From NCBI GenBank assembly GCA_964247055.1, contig OZ176054.1, positions 10,974,001 to 11,038,000 on the forward strand: a stretch of 64,000 nucleotides of DNA. Direction: 5' to 3'. Under the pieces are notes generated by a model that searched no databases, was not told the origin of the DNA, and saw only the letters and a list, made by a program, of their open reading frames with translations. The position numbers were made by a program, and so were the translations under genes. How positions within the stretch are numbered: position 1 is the first letter of the stretch; every line of letters begins with the position of its first letter. Source of the DNA: Paragordius varius. Its lineage: Eukaryota > Animalia > Nematomorpha. Shown here one piece after another: positions 1 to 30,392 of the stretch.

Positions 1-2305
1 TATATTGAATAGTAGTGTTAAAAATTGATAGGAAGCCAAAAATAGGGTAATGATAAAAATTAACATGGTCAATTTCAAATACTTTTTCAGCAGTTTTCAA
101 GTTTCGATCCACAAATTTTTATCGAGCGAAAGGTTGTATTCTGAATATGGATCCGACTTAAAATATTTGCCCAATCATATAAATACACGTAAAAAAATTA
201 TCACAAACATATAGAAAGGTATACGCATGCCACTTTTTTTAAATTACCTTTTCAAATTAAGTAAATTAGAGCACGATATTAAAAAAACTTTGTAGAAAAA
301 AGTAAAAATATTAAGAATTGCCGTTTCAGAAATGTTTTTTTTGTTTCAAAACGGTTTCGGAAGAGACATAAGTTGCCGATAGATAATAATTAAAAGTTAA
401 AAGCATCGACCAATTTTTTTAAAAAAGTCGTAAATGATGAAAACTGAATAGAAAATTCTGTTTTTTGTAATCTCCTATGAAACTATAAAAACAAGTACAG
501 GTAATTTTTTCTGAATATCTTGCTATAACGTGACGGAATCGTTTGGTGCGATCATTTTTTTAAAAGATTTCCTCCATAGATACGATAAAAATTAATTATG
601 TTTCGATTTACAATTCTTGTATTTTTTGGTTTATAATCATTTAATGAGAAGTCTTAGTAGACGCGTTAATGAAAAAAACCGGTTTTGAAATCGAGAAATT
701 TTTAAAAAACCTAACCGGTTCGAGTTTGACTTGCTCGGGAACGCCTCCACTCCCATTTTTATTTTTAAGTGAAAACTCCATTTCTACTTTTTCCGACCCG
801 GTTCGAAGCCCGTTTTTTTAAATCAATTAGCTCAAATTGTTTCCAAGCACTAATAGAATGACTCAAGTGTCGAACTAACATTCATGTTAGATATATGTTT
901 TCAGAATTTTTGAAAAGGTTTTATATGTTAAGCCGTTTATCGAGGTCGACACTATTATTTGGATTACCATACTTTTTCTGACATTTAAATTTAATGCGAA
1001 TATTTAGATTTATTAATAGAGGCTTTCCTCTGGCATACTAGCGTTGTTACAATATAATGTTTCTAAAAATTTTATTTTTGTAAAAATAATTTTGCTAAAT
1101 TTTCATGGCAACAGGTACCGTAGCCTATATTTTATAATTTTCCAACATAATTCATCAAAAAAATTTTTTATCTTTAAATCAGACATGTAAACTTAATTTT
1201 TCTCTTGCTGACTGTATTTAATATTTAACTGAGCTAATTTATAATTTAGATTCCGATATTTTAGCAAACATAATGCGCTAACAAATATTGCGAAATATCC
1301 AGATGGAATATTGTTTTAACCAGGTTTTTCAGTTTTCATTATTAAAATAATTAATTTGGTTTTTAACCTAATAAACTTTTTCAGGATTTGGAATATATTA
1401 TTATATGGATAAAAATGTTTTTTGGTAGTCTTATCTTTTTATCATTATTATTATTGAAATTTAAGCATTAGTCTTGGATTTTAACAATATACAGATTATC
1501 AATCATATTAAAAATTTGTTTGAAATTTGGAATTTTCAATTTAAATTCACACGTAAAAATATTATATTTTCGAATTTGTATAAACCCCATAAATTCTACC
1601 CTATGTTTATAACATTAGATGCAAATTTGCAAATAAAATTTTCACGCAGAAGTAGTAAATTACTATAGAATCTCCATGGCATTAATTTTTTATAGATTTT
1701 AAAGTGTCCACTTATCTGGTTTTAGAGAATGTGGTTTTTAATTCTGCAGTTATTAACAATTTTACATTGTAGTCTTACCTTTGATTCAACAATATCATCC
1801 AACTTTGAAACCTATTTTTGTCAATCTTTGCAATATCGACTAAACTGATATAATTATGACTATATCAATACATTGTGCGACTTTTGTCCATTTTATTAGC
1901 AAATCTGGTATTTTATTTTTCTCAGCATTAAAGCCCGCCATAATATTTTCTAAGCAGACCCAATAATCATTATTAAAAAAAAACCTTGTAAAATCTTTTA
2001 AACAACCAAAATAATTTACAGAAGGTAGCTATTTCATTAAACGTATATTAAGAAAATATCATAGTTGATTTGTATTATTCAAGGATAATTTAATATCTTT
2101 TGATAGTAGTACACATTTTTTTATTAACATTGAAATATTTTATAAAATATTTGGATTTTAGGTCCAAGGTTTAAAGTATACACAAAATGACATACCTTAC
2201 CTTAAAATAAAACATTAATCGTATATAATTCATCTTTATTATATAATTATTATTTGTAAAATATAATATAAACATATATCGTATATATCATTGGAACGTT
2301 TTCGG

Positions 2306-18301
<15,996 letters not shown>

Positions 18302-18429
18302 GGGCACGTGCGTTTGGCAAAAAATTTAAAATAAATGAAATTATGAAATAAAAACTGTGTGTGTGTATTGCTACAATCGAGGTCGACTTTTTACAATAAT
18401 GTAAAAACTTCTCCATTTTCCATCCGCAC

Positions 18430-18600
18430 CAACATCCTATGGCCACATAATGGGATCCAACTCTCTGAAAAAATCTTGGATGTTGGAAAGTTAGTGGAAC
18501 GCGTAAAAGGGGCCAAAGAAGGATAATGTGGATGGACAATATTCTACAAGAAACCAATGCAACCCTGGCAGACAACAGTAACACTTGGATACAACTTAAA
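18430..18600 (+). mobile_element. 3' remnant of an RTE-clade LINE ORF
   Basis: With one frameshift it reads YGHIMGSNSLKKSWML..GTRKRGQRRIMWMDNILQET, matching the RTE/BovB C-terminal pattern YFGHLMRRADSLEKTLMLGKIEGRRRRGRQRMRWLDGI. Confidence 0.7.
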
Positions 18601-19980
18601 AAATTATGGAAGGAAGGGCAAATTTTTGCACTTATATAACATTAATAAACCGAAATATATGAAAAGTTTTATTTAAAAATACTTGATATTACTTATTTTA
18701 AGCTAAAACCGAAAGGTAAAAATTTAGTCAACGTGATAAGTGTGCAATGTTAAAATGCACAAAAATAAACCGCTTTTTCTATTTATATTAATGTTAGATA
18801 TAATTTAAATAAAAAACTAGCTCTAATTTTACCCTTAAAATTAAATGAAGCCGATAGTTTGCAAAAATTTTGTTAAATAATAATGGAGTCGAAGTATACA
18901 TTGAACTTTTTTTTCGGCTTATTTATATAATTATTAGGATAGAAGAATAAATTATTGGGACCGTTTCCTTTAATAGTTTTATGAAAATCCTAACTCAAAT
19001 TTAGTCTGGGGTATTTAGATACCCCAATTTGAATCAAAGTGTTAACACTTTTTTGCTTATAAAAATTGTTTGAAAAAATGTTTTAAGACATGTAAACTCG
19101 TATATAATTTGCAGATTCTATAATTTAAATCTCGCATGGTAAAATAAGATTATTTATAATAAATCAAAACAGATATTTTCACTTATTAATACAGTAAAAG
19201 TTCAACTAAATTTTGTTAGAAAAAATAATTTATAACACCTAAAGTATTAATTATGCCTTCTTAAACGCATTATTAATATTATTTATAAAAAGTAAAAATA
19301 CAATCCTCATCTCGAAATTTTTGCCGCTAATTTCTATAATCATTTTACACTTCTTGAATTTTTCGTCCTAGTTAATTTTTTAAGGTCATTTTTATCCCAG
19401 AATTTTGCATATAAAACAGTGTTTTAAAAGTTGTTTTAAAAATTGTTTTACTTAATAATGTTCTCACGAATTAGATAAACAAGCTTATCTACATTTTTGC
19501 AACTTCTAGTATCTAAAATTAGAACAATACCAAAACACGATTAAAAAGAACAGCTGATATTAAAATAATTATCAAGTTTCCAGTAAATGTATGAAAGCTT
19601 CATTACGTCAATTATTTGCCTTTTTAAACCAATATAAATTTATTTGTCTGAGCGATTTTACACAATTACTTTTTGGGGTAGTTATATATACTCAAGCGAT
19701 TGATTGAATATCTCATTAAGCCGAATTTAAAAATACCTGGGCGTTCTGTTTGGGCTGGCGGACACTAAAGGGAACCAACCTAGTTCCTCTTCTATTTCCG
19801 AAAAAACAAGCCTAATTCTGGTTTTTTATTCAGAATAGGTAATTACTACATGTTTAACACTTGCATACAACACATTCATTTCAGTCATTCGATTCAAGTT
19901 GGGGTAGTTGGACACACCAGGCCTGTTTAAAATTAAATAATTCAAAAAATATACAATGAATTGAAACCATGGCAAAAATT

Positions 19981-20543
19981 GGGTGGAGTGATAAAAAAGT
20001 CGCACTTGAATTGTTAGTCAAGCGTGGCAACTTGAGCAAGTTTACTTATGCCAATAAGTGTACACTTGAAGATCGGTGATAAAAAAAACTTAAGTCAATT
20101 CTTTTGAAATAATTAAGTTATATTGTATAAACATCTTCCCATTATATTTGCAAACGGACTCCCATAGTGTGAAAGAAATGGAAAGTGTTTTAAGGGCGAA
20201 CGGTTTCAACAATCTTAAAATTATTACCAAGCTCAATATTAAATTTATTTTATAATATTTAATAAAATACTTGCCAGTGAGTTTGAAAAACGTAATAAAT
20301 GCATATTGTATTAATTGTTTATCTTTTTGTGCCTTGTTTCATACATTCTGGCTGAAAATGATCAAAATAATTTCTGTAAAATTCGAATCGCGTGGCAAAA
20401 AAATGTTACATTGATAAGCAAAAGACTAGACTTAAGTGTTTTTTATCACCGATTTTCAAGTGTACACTTGCTGGCTTAAAAAAACTTGCTCAATTGCCAC
20501 GCTTGACTTACAAGTCAAGTGCGACTTTTTTATCACCCCACCC
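19981..20543. mobile_element. Non-autonomous DNA element with ~120-bp TIRs
   Basis: Left end GGGTGGAGTGATAAAAAAGTCGCACTTGA; right end TCAAGTGCGACTTTTTTATCACCCCACCC. The GTGATAAAAAA motif occurs twice within each TIR. Confidence 0.88.
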
Positions 20544-21040
20544 TTCAGCATCGTGAAATTACATAGAAAAATTTGATAAAAACCTATTTATATCTATTCC
20601 ACCATTTTAAATTTCATAAAACTTACCAAAAAAATTTTATAAATTAAATTTTAAGCAAAATATCGGTTTTTTCGGGAAAACATTTTTGGATGCCAAAATT
20701 TATCATATTTCAAAATTTTTATCGCGCATTATCGGTATTGCATTTTCAAAATAATTTGTCAATTTCTTTGTATGTAAAGTATGTGACATAAATTAATGAT
20801 AATTATTAGGATAAACATTTTTCACACCAAAAAATAAGCAATGTGCGCAGATGTTGCTATATTCTAATATGTACATAACACAAAAGTTACATCTCTCTTA
20901 TATCCTTTGTAAGGCATACCAAGCACTATGAAAATAGATATACAATTTTTTAACAACTATGTAACGTGCGTATAATTATTTTACAAAAACATTTTTTAAT
21001 TATGTATTTTATTATTTAAGACTCTAGACCTTAAATTATA

Positions 21041-21996
21041 GGGTGAGGTGATAAAAAAGTCGCACCTGACTTTTAAGTCAAGAGTGGTGAACAAGTTTAC
21101 ATAAGCCAGCAAGTGTACACTTGAAGATCAATGATAAAAAAACACTTAAGTCAAGTCTTTTGCCTATGAATGTAACATTTTTTTACCACGCGAATCGAAT
21201 TTTAGAGAAGTTATTTTGATCATTTTCAGCCGAAATTTATAAAACAGGGCACAAAAAGATAAGCAATTTACAATATGCATTTATTGAAGTTTTTCACACT
21301 CACTGGAAAGTATCTTATTTAATATTATAGAATTTTTTAAATATTGAGCCTGGTATTAATTATTAGATTGATGAAACCATTTGCCCTTAAAAAACTTTCC
21401 ATTTCTTTATAACATTACATTTTGTTTGGAGTCCATTTGCAAATATAATGGGTAGATGTTTATACAATATAATTTAATTATTTTTAATTTGATTATAAAC
21501 ATTACATTCGAAATAAATTTATGATGTAATAAATTCGTTTAGGTTAATAGTGAAGTAACCTTTTGCTTTTAATAAACGAAGATTTGTACAAGATTAATAT
21601 TTAATTATTAATTTTAAGAAATTTTCGAGAAACCAATTTTTTTGCGGTCAAGGAATAGATATATTTAGAATATTTTTAAATGTCATGTTATTAATTATTA
21701 TCAGAATTTTTCTATAAATTTATCCTCTTTTGTGTTCACCAATTGAATAGATTTATTAGCCAAAATTTATCAAATTAACAATTTATAGCATTAACAAAGG
21801 TTTGAATTACATATAAAGCATAAATTTTATACATAAATAGTTCTCAAAATAATTTTACCCATATTTTTCTTGATCATATGATTTTTTATCACCTCATCAA
21901 GTTTTCTTGCTTGACTTAAGTCGTTTTGTCACATGAAAGCAAGCCCTGATTGAAAAACTTGTAAGTCAAGTCAAAAAATTTTTTATCACCCGCCCC
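21041..21996. mobile_element. Second copy of the long-TIR element, inverted relative to 19981-20543, with a longer interior
   Basis: 21041-~21485 is the reverse complement of most of 19981-20543. A degenerate right TIR ..TTTTTATCACCCGCCCC ends at ~21996. Confidence 0.8.
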
Positions 21997-22387
21997 ATAT
22001 TCTTGCCATTAAACAATAAATATATTATATGCCGATTTCGTTATAGAATGATGAAATTGTAAATTTTGAAGAAACTATTCCCGATAGTTTACTTAAATTT
22101 TAACTTGTATGCTTACCATAATATCGGATTGAATTAGGACTTATATGTTGCGCATATAAGTCTTTTTGACACCACATTTTCACTTTTAGGCTACATATTG
22201 GACTTTTCCCCCCAGATTCCAAAGAATTATGGGCCAAAAGCTGGGGATAATTTAATAATAAACTTTAAATATTCTGTAAAAACATATTAAGAGTATATTA
22301 TTTTCAGCAAATAGTATGGAACATTATAATTTTTATTCAGATGGAAACATTTTTGACGTAGCTCACATATTTTTTTTTAAATTTAAA

Positions 22388-25300
22388 ATGTCCTGGATAA
22401 ATAATAATAAATTATTGTTGTTTAATCAAGAAAAGTTGAATATTAAACAATTAAACAGGGTAAAAACTGATAAGGAATATAAATTAATAAAAGAATTTGC
22501 AAGTATATTTGTTTCATAGTATAAGGTATATATGCGAGTGGCAACAAGTAATTAGATTGTATTATTTACAGCGATTCTAACATAAAATATTGCGCAATAT
22601 TGCAATCTTTTTTACAAAATTTGGATTGTGGTGATTTTAAAGACATAACAACCCTAAAAACACTTTATTCCGAAATTTATTTTGTTTGGAATATGATACA
22701 TGTTCTCTATTTCACTGATGGTAATTTTTATTTCCAAATAATTTTTTTTAGATAAAGAAATCAATGTTTTATTTAATGTTCTTAAATTGATTTCTTGTTC
22801 TTATATGGGATCGGCTCAATATATTTGCGATAATATACACAATAATGATATATTATTGGATAATGAAATGTGGGAATCGGTTTAAGCATATATTATAATA
22901 TATTTAGATCCTTATATTATCAAGGACAATTAGATATAATATCTAATTTTTTTGCCCAAATTAATAGTGAATCTTTGATTTTATTAGAAAAAGCATGTAT
23001 GCACTTGAAGTCTTGGCCTTTTTATGGGGTATGAATCAGATTTATGAGCTTTTAACTCAAAAATTATTTAATTGTGAACATCTACAAATAATATGTTTTG
23101 TTAAAAATTATTTTTATATAATACATTTTTCTATTTGATAAAAAATTATTAAAAATGAAATAAAACCATCTCGGTTTTTTACTTATGAATATTTTACCCC
23201 GTAACTTTAAATTTAAATTTTATTAACAGTATATGGATGGTTTAATACATGATTATGAGTTTAAAACTTGTTGTGCTGTTTGGCGAAACGAAGGTCTGCA
23301 AATTCTTTCCGATTTAACCCGATATCAAAACTCTTTATTCAATAATGCCGATTTAAACAACAATCATATCAAACTATTAATTTGCGTTTTTAAAGTAATA
23401 TACCATTTACTATTCAAATTTACCCTCGAACAAATCAAATTTACCCTCGAACAATTCAAATTCACCCTAAAAATATATTATGTATTTTCGAGATAATATA
23501 ACTCATTATTAATATGAAACATATCTTTAAGGCTTAGTTCAATTATTAATATCAAACAAAATTTCATTTTTTAAATATATAAAATGATATAGGTATTTTT
23601 ATTTTTTAAAAAACATAATTTATTTTAGGGTGAATTTGAATTTTTCAAGGGTAAATTTGAATTGTTCAAGGGTGAATTTGAATTATTTTAGGGTGAATAT
23701 AAATGTAAATGTTATATATTTTTTTATATAAGTAATCGTTCCCCCTCATAATAAGTTTACTAACAGCTTTTTTAAACTAATAAATTTTCCTATTTTTAAA
23801 TATGGCCCTAATTTGAAAATTATATAATCTTTTATAAGTCTTTGTTATCCTATAAATTAACTAGTTTGTAAAAAAAATTTAGCCTTATGATGAGTTAACT
23901 AATAAAAGTTGATAATTAACATTTGGTTTTTTTAAATTTTAAACCTTATATAAATTTGTTTGAGATAAAAATGATTATTTTTTTAATAATTTTTTAATCG
24001 AGATACATATAATGACCATATTTTAAAAGGGGTGTTCATTCGGGGGGTATTGATTTTAAATATAATTTTTTGGTTTGCATAGATTATTACGGGAAATGAA
24101 GCCTGCTTTAATCCATCAACCTTTACCATTAGTATGCCAGAAAGCGTTAACTCTGTCTTAAATAACGAATCAAGTATAAACTTAAAATTTTATAATTAGG
24201 TTAATAAAGGGCTAATATTATTCATGTATAAAGAAAATTATATTTCAATCTTTTATTTAGACACAATTGTGAATTATATAAATGAGTATATTATTAATTT
24301 ACACCTCTAATCCTTATTTTCGCAATCCAGAGTAATTAGAATATATATCAAATTAAGTTAATAATCAGTCTTCAAATTTTTATTTTGTGCCTTTATAAAT
24401 TTATTTATCCTAAAATCCAGGTAATAAAGAAAAAGATACAAAGAAAAGCGATAACTTAACATTGCCGACTTTTTCAATTGCTTTGGCCCAAATTGTGTAT
24501 CAAATGTCATCTCAACTGAATGATCTCAAAACAAATTTACCATTTTACGTCAAAGTAAATTTTAAGCTTTCATAAATTTTTGATAGATTTTAGGTTTTTA
24601 ACAGAGCATGGATTTTAACAAGAACCGGTTCCACCTCCTTAATTACTGGTTCCCATATGATTTTATCATAAAAATTTTATTTTATTATTTAAATTTGATT
24701 GTACCACTAAATATTACATTCTTCAAACTTTAAATTCAAAACTAAACCCGCCCCTAATATTATATTAGCGAGATATTCTCTGAATTTTGAGCGATTCAGC
24801 TGTTCTAAAAAAACTTATAGTCTTATCTCAAGTTTATTTGTAATACATATGTTCGTATATATAGGTCTCCGTTGAAAGGGTTTTTTTACCCTGAATTTTC
24901 TGTTTTCAGACCTGAGAAGCAGTTTGACCAGCAAATTGCTTGGTGCAAATAAATTAAGTTTTTTTTAGTTGCCATACTTAATTTAACAACACTCATTATA
25001 TACCTTTGTACTTGTACATTCTTCTATTATATTTTTATAATTTGTTTTATTTATTTTACTATATATTTTTTTTACTATATATTTGCGGAATATAATAAAT
25101 TGTTTGATTTATAATTGTTAATAATTTGGTTTTATTATTATTATTATACTATAATATTGTAAGAAAATCATTTAATCAAAAATCAAGAACCGAAAATAAT
25201 CGGTTACCGTTCCGGAACCGCTAAATTTTTAAGGAAACAACGTGGTTTTCGGTTCGGGTTTTTTTGTTCCGGTTCCAAGCCCTGCCCTTAAACGATTCAA

Positions 25301-28300
25301 ATTCACTCTTGAACAATTCAAACTCACCCTAAAAATAAATAATGTGTTTTCGAACTAATATTACTCATTATTAATGATACATATATCTTTATGGCATAGT
25401 TTATTATTTTTTTAGTATTATTTCAATTTAAAACAAAATTATTTAAAAATATATAAAAATATTGGGTAATTTTTAATTTAATACCATATATTTTATTTGG
25501 AGGTGAATTTGAATTGTTTAAAAGTGAATTTGAATCGTAAATGATATATATATATATATATATATATGTATAAATCAGTTGTTACATGCTATTTTTTTGA
25601 TATTTAGAAATTTCAAGCCTTATGGTATCCTGACCTGATGGATGAAAATCAAAATGATGATTTGGAGGCTATAATTTTTCAAACATTTTCTATGGACCCA
25701 GTCTCGCTTGTCGTTAAAATTTGGTAAAAATATTTTACTTAAAACCACCTATATTCGAAAATATTAAAAATCAGTACGCGGAATAGAAAGACACATTAGA
25801 TTATAAATTTTTATGCCAAATCCATCCCTAAAATATAACCAAGAGGATTTATAGTTAAAATTATATCCAAAAACATTTTGAAATTTATTTTATATGTTTG
25901 TTATAAATATCAAACTAAATATGCGCAAAAATGTATGTAATAACTTCTGTTTACTAATACTTAATGCGCCCTTAAATCATTTACAATGTAACTAAATTAT
26001 ATATAGATATATACTATACGGACAAAATGAAACATATAAAGACAAATAATTTTTTTAACAGAAAACCATACTTTTTTTAAATCTTAATTTTTTTTTTCAT
26101 ATAATTGTAAAATATTTAATTGTTTACCTTACCAATAGTCATATATCAATTTCATATTTTGCAATTCAAAACAATGAGTTATATTACAAAAAAATTAGAT
26201 TTAAAAAGTATGGTGGTTGTCTTTTAGAAAAAATATTTGTCGTTTTATGTTTTGTCCGTGTTAGTTCAGTTTTTACTGTAACTATTTAACCTTTTAATTT
26301 ATTAAAAGTCGCAAAGTTTAAGGAATGTAGATAAAAATATTATTAAAAATGAACAATAATACAAAAGTTATGAAAAAACTCTATAAATTAATAATTTTTA
26401 ATTTGTAAATTTATCTATCATTATACATCATCATACATTATTTAGTAATTCATATGATGATTGGATATTTCCAGTTCATTTATGTGATCAATTCTATAAA
26501 AGTCCACTTTTCAAAGACCTGTTTTTGGATGCAATCAAACACTTGCGGAGTGATAATAAGTATTTGATATTTTTCTATTAAGGCAAATAATATTATAATT
26601 TTACAAAAGAAACCATATTTTTAATCCCTATAAAATAATCGAAATTCCATTATATTTTTCAAAAGAAGCGCAAATAATACTCAAACAATGTTGCGAAAAT
26701 GTGGTTTTTTTTAAATATAATATAATTTTATTTTTATTGTCTTAAAATCTTATTTCAAAAAAAACATATATGCCAATTAATTTTTTTGCATATACTATTC
26801 CTCTAGAACAGTAAACGAACAATTTGATCTCAAGGAATTTATTGTTTGTGAATACATCTCAAGTATGAGTGATAATTACAGGTAATGTAGTTTAAATTTA
26901 TAAATTAATAAATTTTGTTTTATAATCAATTAAAGTTTCTTTACTGCATATTTTATAATTATCTTGTACCTTATATTAATTATCACCATTCTATATGAAA
27001 ATATATATAATCTTAGTTTTAAGATTTAACCATTCAAAGTTCATGAACTATTTTATATAATATTTATTATAAAAACTCAAATAAAAAATCGATATTTATC
27101 ATTTATTTCAATAATTTAGTCATCATTCAAGGATTAATAATATATTTTCTTTTACATTGTCTTTGTAAGTTATGAATGATTACATAAATTAATTATTTTA
27201 TAGTTTGCATGAAATTTGGTCAATATACTTGGATACATGCCCGGTGTTGGGACAGTAATGATTATTAATTTTCTAATATCTTGATATACTTTTATAAAAA
27301 ATATAGCATATAAAATAAAGAGGATTAATTTAAATAAAATTAAACAAATGATAATAATTTTTATTTAAAGATAACCTTATTAGCAAATACAGTATTGTAC
27401 AATTAAATTTTTACTTAAAAGATAAAACTAATGTAGCTAAATTATTGATTTCCCAACATAAAAAAATTTGAAATATTTTATATATTTTACGCAATTTATA
27501 AATTTTGGTATTTAATATTATTTATATGTAGGCATTATTTAAACATATTTTACTCACGTATCCCCATATTGGATCCTGAATATGGCCATTTAGCTATTCG
27601 AATATATCAAGCATGTCAACAAAGAGGACTTGTATATGGTTTATAATTTTTTACAATCTTATCTTATCTTTTAATTTAAAATTCAAAAATATCATTTTGA
27701 ATTCCTAAAAAATATATTCAAATACCAATCTAGTAATTTATATCAACGGAATTGTAATGTTTTATTATTAAGTAATATGACATGTATAAATTAATAATAC
27801 AACAAGAATTTTTTTGATCTTTCATCTTATACTGTTAATAATTGATTAACTAATAGAATTTTTAAAACTAATAATATTAATTTTAAACGTAACAATAGCA
27901 AAAAATACAAATGTTTTAATATTAAATATCTAAAATTTTACATATTTATCCATGTTTAATAAATAAACGTATTTTAAAATGGTGGGTTGTTCCAAAAATT
28001 ATTTTTACGAATCATAAATTAATAAAGTAATAATATATTTATTTAAAACTACCATTTAAAATTAATCAAAAGATTGTTTTCAAAATTACGATATTATTTA
28101 AAATTTAAATTTTATTTTATACCAAAAAAGTTGATACCCTATGCAAAATTATGGTTAATCAATTTTTGCGACAAAATCAATATGATATGGCGTTGGCATG
28201 GGCTTTTCCATCTAAACAATCAAAGTTATTGGTTGAAAAGATTTGTTTTAAGTATCATTATTTTTATTTTTTTTTAATTTATAACATTTAAATTTTTTTA

Positions 28301-29398
28301 TATAAGAATTACAGTAATATTCTAATTATAATAAAAACATAACGTAACAATTGAACAAATTTTTTTGAAAAAAACGGCAATATATTTTTGAAACCTTGAT
28401 TTTTTCATTAAAATTGAATTGATACATAAAAACGTGGAAAGTAAAGGCAATTTTATTTAAACACAACCATACATAACTTTTCAAACATTTATTTTTACCA
28501 TATAAATATAATAATATTCTTTAAAATATCAATTTTTTTTTTCAATTAATAGACTGCTTAATGACAATACATTAACAGATACGTGCATTCAGGATTACGC
28601 GTTTTCATTTAGGAAAGTACCTCTTGAAACATTGGGCCCTTATGCTAAAATATTGAGTAATCTATCAATAGTTTTAATTGTATATAACACCAAAAAGTTT
28701 AAATTCACCCTTGAACAATTCAAATTCATTCTAAAATAAATTGAGTGTTTTTAAAGATTAACGATTACTTATATTTATTTATATTTTTGAAAAATGAAAT
28801 TTTGTTTAAAATTATAATATTACTGAAAAAATAATGAACTATTCCATTAAGATATTTTTTATATTAATGATGTGTTATCTTAGCCCAAAAACATATATTA
28901 TTTTTTTAGGGTAAATTTGAATTATTTAAGGCTGAATTTCAATTGTTTTAAAGTGAATTTTAATTGTACAAGGGTGAATTTAAATTGTAAATGGTATGTA
29001 GGTTTAAATATAAAATATTTGATTTCTGATATCATAATTTTAATATTTATTTACTGTATGTAGTTAAGTTATCGGACATAATGGAAATTCTCAACACAAA
29101 AAATTTCAAATCCTTTGAACAGATTGGTTCTTTATTCTCTTTAAACAATAATTCACCAAAGTAAAATTATTTTTTTATGGTTTCCCATTTTTTATTACAA
29201 TGTTTATCCTAAAACATAGATATTACCCTTCATTTTTTTGCTATATAACTTTTTGGATGTTAAAATGTTTATTTTTTCTTTATTTTCCCAAATTTTTAAT
29301 GATAAAAAAAATTTCTAAAATACTTATAAATAATTTGTGAATTTATTCGTTAAGTTTACATATCATGTGATATATTTTAACAACAGTTATAAATTAGT

Positions 29399-29433
<35 letters not shown>

Positions 29434-30392
29434 CATACATTTTCTATATATTAATTAGCTTTTTGATTTACCTCTTACGGTTTCTTGGAAATCAATTTCA
29501 ATTAAACGATGTTTCGCATTCGCTTAACAATAAAACAATGTTGTATGAAATGATGCGATGGATTGAAAAATCTTTCCATAGACACCCTGCTACTTTTGTA
29601 AATTTTATATTTTGCCCCTTATTATCGATCGATCGATCGAAATTTTTATGTTGAAAAAATATTATATTTGGCTATAGATAACAAAATTTTTATAAAACGA
29701 TAACCATAAATAGTTAATACAATCATTTTTTCTTTTTTATGATAGGGAAATTTGATAGTTTCGGGATATTGAAACAAACTATATTTTATATGAATACTTA
29801 TATATTTTATATAAAGTAAGCCATCTGTATAGCCATATTAATGCTTTAAATGTTTCCAATTCTATCCTTGATTTTAATAATCATTGTAATAAAAATTGAA
29901 ATTATACCAAGAAAACGTTAAAATATAAAGACAATTTTTTTTCAAAAGACATCCATACCTTTTTAAACCTTAATTTATCCTTTAAAAATCATTTGATTAC
30001 AAGTGTAAAATACATCTATAATTGAGTTAGCAATTAAAATCTCTATTTTTTATTTTGTAGTTTAAAACATTCAGTTATCATTAAAAAAATAAAGATTGAA
30101 AAAAGTGTGGTTGTCTTTTTATACTAACTGTCTTTATATTTGAACGTTGGGTCCGTATAAATAAATTTTTATTGTATGTTTATTATATTGTATTGTTCTA
30201 ATTTTGTTTATAAGGGCAATATGGTTATTAAAATTGTTAAAAACCGTAGAGATATATAAATCATCCGTTTTTTTATAAAATTGCAAACATTCAATGATTA
30301 CATTTAAAATATTTATTTTTTGTTTTAAGATTCAACCAGATGTAAAAACCATGATCAAGGATTTATCACGAGCTATTATCATGAAATTATAG
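22388..30392 (+). CDS. NUP85: Nuclear pore complex protein Nup85 (divergent, multi-exon)
   Basis: Exons, in collinear order, resemble Nup85 segments: YFVWNMIHVLY (~22680-22710), YYQGQLD (~22915), IITGNEA (~24083), HLCDQF (~26480), KEFIVCEY (~26850), YLDTCPVLG (~27225), SRIPIL (~27555), LCKIMV..ALAWA (~28140-28200), YEMMRWIE (~29545) and final exon IQPDVKTMIKDLSRAIIMKL* (30330-30392, compare the C-terminal LARAII). The start codon and some boundaries are inferred, and one junction has a frame conflict (see findings). Confidence 0.8.
23401..23713. mobile_element. MITE family 1 copy
   Basis: Starts 6 nt after the NUP85 donor GT at 23395. Confidence 0.83.
25285..25545. mobile_element. MITE family 1 copy, left end truncated
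   Basis: 21-mers, core and right TIR followed by (TA)n. It abuts a ..GGTTCCAAGCCCTG end of another element. Confidence 0.75.
26013..26280. mobile_element. MITE family 2 copy
   Basis: TATACGGACAAAA...GTTCAGTTTTTACTGTA. Confidence 0.75.
28698..28996. mobile_element. MITE family 1 copy
   Basis: Core plus right TIR ..TTGTAAATGGTA. Confidence 0.78.

Noticed and set aside
939-950. ATCGAGGTCGAC identical at 939-950 and 18376-18387 (75 nt upstream of the GART ATG)
   Set aside because: Only two occurrences of a 12-mer and no gene defined at the first; chance cannot be excluded.
950-2300. Possible gene between the window start and the GART 3' end (exon-like pieces at 1019-1115, 1250-1323, 1779-1811 and an open ~62-codon minus frame at ~1845-2030)
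   Set aside because: I could not assemble a consistent spliced frame or recognise a family; may be decayed coding or TE sequence. Needs tBLASTx and RNA-seq.
24602-25284. CAG(A/G)GC(A/T)TGGA..AACCGG-ended element (similar ends at 38079-38945 and 52315-52500) and an exon-like piece at ~24910-24950
   Set aside because: The ends are only partly complementary and there is no TSD, so boundaries are unsupported. The exon-like piece is out of phase with flanking NUP85 exons, which join directly.
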